A stretch of 64,000 nt of DNA from Eledone cirrhosa (taxonomy: Eukaryota), in the NCBI GenBank assembly GCA_964016885.1, contig OZ024751.1:30380001-30444000 (forward strand), written 5' to 3'. Numbering within the stretch: the first letter of the stretch is position 1; every line of letters begins with the position of its first letter. Shown here piece by piece: positions 61,978-64,000 of the stretch. A program made the translations under genes and the position numbers. Under the pieces are notes generated by a model. The model searched no databases. It had not been told where the DNA came from and worked only from the letters and a program-made list of their open reading frames with translations.

Positions 61978-62217
61978 GAAATACTCGTAACGCCCAAGTG
62001 TTACTGCTATAATCAACCTTCTTTTCCTCACATAATTTCATACGAAGGCGCATGGCGTAGTGGTTGAATCATGAGATCGTGAGTTCGATACCCAGAGCAG
62101 ATGATGCGTTGTATTGAAGTATTGAAGTTTCCGTTGAAAATTGAAAAAGTCATAGAGTGAAGAGTGCTCTATATAAGTTACAGAGCTAAATTTAATGTAT
62201 AATAAACAATACAATAT

Positions 62218-62287
62218 AATTACCTCATTACCAGAGGTTTCCCGAATAAGACGAAATGTCCTCATTCGTTCGTCAGACAAGGCAATT
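62218..62287 (-). ncRNA. Type I hammerhead ribozyme, intact core
   Basis: Minus strand: AATTGCCTTGT-CTGACGA-A CGAATGAGGAC ATTTC GTCTTATTCG G-GAAA-CC TCT GG-TA-ATGAGGTAATT. Stem I is 11 bp (3 G-U), stem II 10 bp with one bulge, stem III 3 bp, GUA cleavage triplet. Confidence 0.8.
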
Positions 62288-62404
62288 TCAAACAGTGAAA
62301 TATTTGAAAAATCACCTCAAGAAAGGCAAAAGTTTAACGGGGAAAAAAAAAAAAAAAAAAAGGTAATGCAAGATATATATATATATATATATAAATATAT
62401 ATAA

Positions 62405-62660
62405 GTTTAGGAATAACCAAAGAGTGCTTAGAAATACATTGTTTTTATTTGCTAACAGTGTTTCATCCATACCTTATGGCAGGAATCATCAAAGTTTATA
62501 AACAAAAATATATTAAAGGTTGCAGGCTTCATCGTTATTCCTAAACTTGTAACGGCTCTGTAGTATACTAGTTATCCTACATTGAGCTAAAACCACACTG
62601 TCATACCAAGGGCAATATATCTGCGTGTCTGTGCACATTGATATACTTGTCAACGAAACT
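62405..62660. mobile_element. Family C element, second copy with most of the right arm deleted
   Basis: Highly similar to 47959-48272. Minus-strand motif TTGATGA-TTCCTGCC ATAA GGTATGGAT-GAAA-CACTG-TT-AGC. Confidence 0.65.
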
Positions 62661-63277
62661 ATATATATATATATAGACATATAGACATATAAAAGAATAG
62701 TAATTAAACATAGACAAGGAGAGAGTTAGGAGTAGATAGGCATGTATTGCCCGTATGTATGTTTAGTTAAGGGATGGCATATTTGTTGTGTATTAGGATG
62801 AAATAGATGCTTGTATTTAATAAATAACAAAATGTACCGATGTATTTCTTAAAGTTTCGAAATGGCATATCTCTATGGAAGTCTGTCCATTTTACGCTGT
62901 TGTTAGTGTAACGGTTAAAGATCAAAGAAGAAATATTTAGACTCTTCGAAATAGTCAAGAATCAAGTTTCCTCGTTTCTCTCAAGCTTATAGCCAGCAAT
63001 ATTGTAGCATGACTATAATCGTCACGGTTCTAAGGTGTTTAAGAACTAAGCAAACACGAAACTGAAAAGAACGCTAAGAAAACTGTCATCTTATATCATA
63101 CGACTCTGGTGCACTCACACGTTTTAGCCAGCGTGAGAATTTTCAGGATATGTAAAAGAGATCTTTACTTGGCGATATTCGTCAATATCTATCTATCTAG
63201 CTCACTATATGTCTTTCTTTCTATCTATCTATCTATCTATCTAACCAGCTATCTAGCTGTCTGTCAGTAGGTTTGTC

Positions 63278-63310
<33 letters not shown>

Positions 63311-63316
63311 GTGTGA

Positions 63317-63368
<52 letters not shown>

Positions 63369-63452
63369 ATTTATGTAGATATGTATGTATATATATATGT
63401 ATGTATATATATACATATATATGTGTGTGTGTGTGAATGTGTGTGTGTGTGA

Positions 63453-63500
<48 letters not shown>

Positions 63501-64000
63501 GTATGTATATATATATATATATATATATATACAACCTATCGCATGGTCGGGTCGTCGGCGACTAAACCGGCAACCCTACCAAGTTGACTTGGTGGGGAGG
63601 GTGATTTTGGACACCCTGCAGGACAAAAAACAAAGCCTGACAAAGGGCGGAAGAACTCATAAGAGTCAACGGCCATCCGAAAGTGTGTAAATGGGAGTGA
63701 AGGACCCCTACCTTTTGTCAGGGCATTCATCTCAATTATACATACATACATACATACATACAGTACAATACAATACAGTACAGTACAGTATAGTACAGTA
63801 CAGTACAGTACAGAGCATTGAAATATTCTCACTTAAGGCAGTCGACCAACCGACCTACAATCAACATCGACAACAGCAACCCCCAATACAACATGCAAAT
63901 ACTTTAATAAGATTCCGAAATATATATACACTATATTTGTCATTTTTTCTTTTTAAATACATTTTTATTCCATTCCAGTATATTAATTACTCCCCACATC

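Overview
Very AT-rich, microsatellite-saturated animal DNA. The repeat content ((TA)n/(CA)n/(TACA)n tracts, two tRNA-derived SINE families including a CORE-type SINE, RTE LINE ends) looks like an octopus or other cephalopod genome; that assignment is inference. Almost all ORFs in the supplied track are microsatellite artefacts. The one credible host coding segment is a short signal-peptide exon at 42476-42534 (+), [19 protein letters not shown](W), ending in a phase-2 TG|GTATGT donor. This is the typical first coding exon of a Wnt ligand, with a CpG/GC-box/CT-repeat promoter upstream and no second exon visible in the next 21 kb. The main unexpected signal is non-coding. Many short islands sitting in or beside (TA)n tracts carry minimal type I hammerhead ribozyme (HHR) folds: stem I-CUGANGA-stem II-GAAA-short, often palindromic stem III-NUH-stem I. 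By eye I find six or seven with intact cores and about ten degenerate ones, from several unrelated sequence families, often built into fold-back inverted repeats. This fits TA-microsatellite-targeting Penelope-like or retrozyme-type non-autonomous elements. All folds and alignments were done by eye, and repeat boundaries are approximate.
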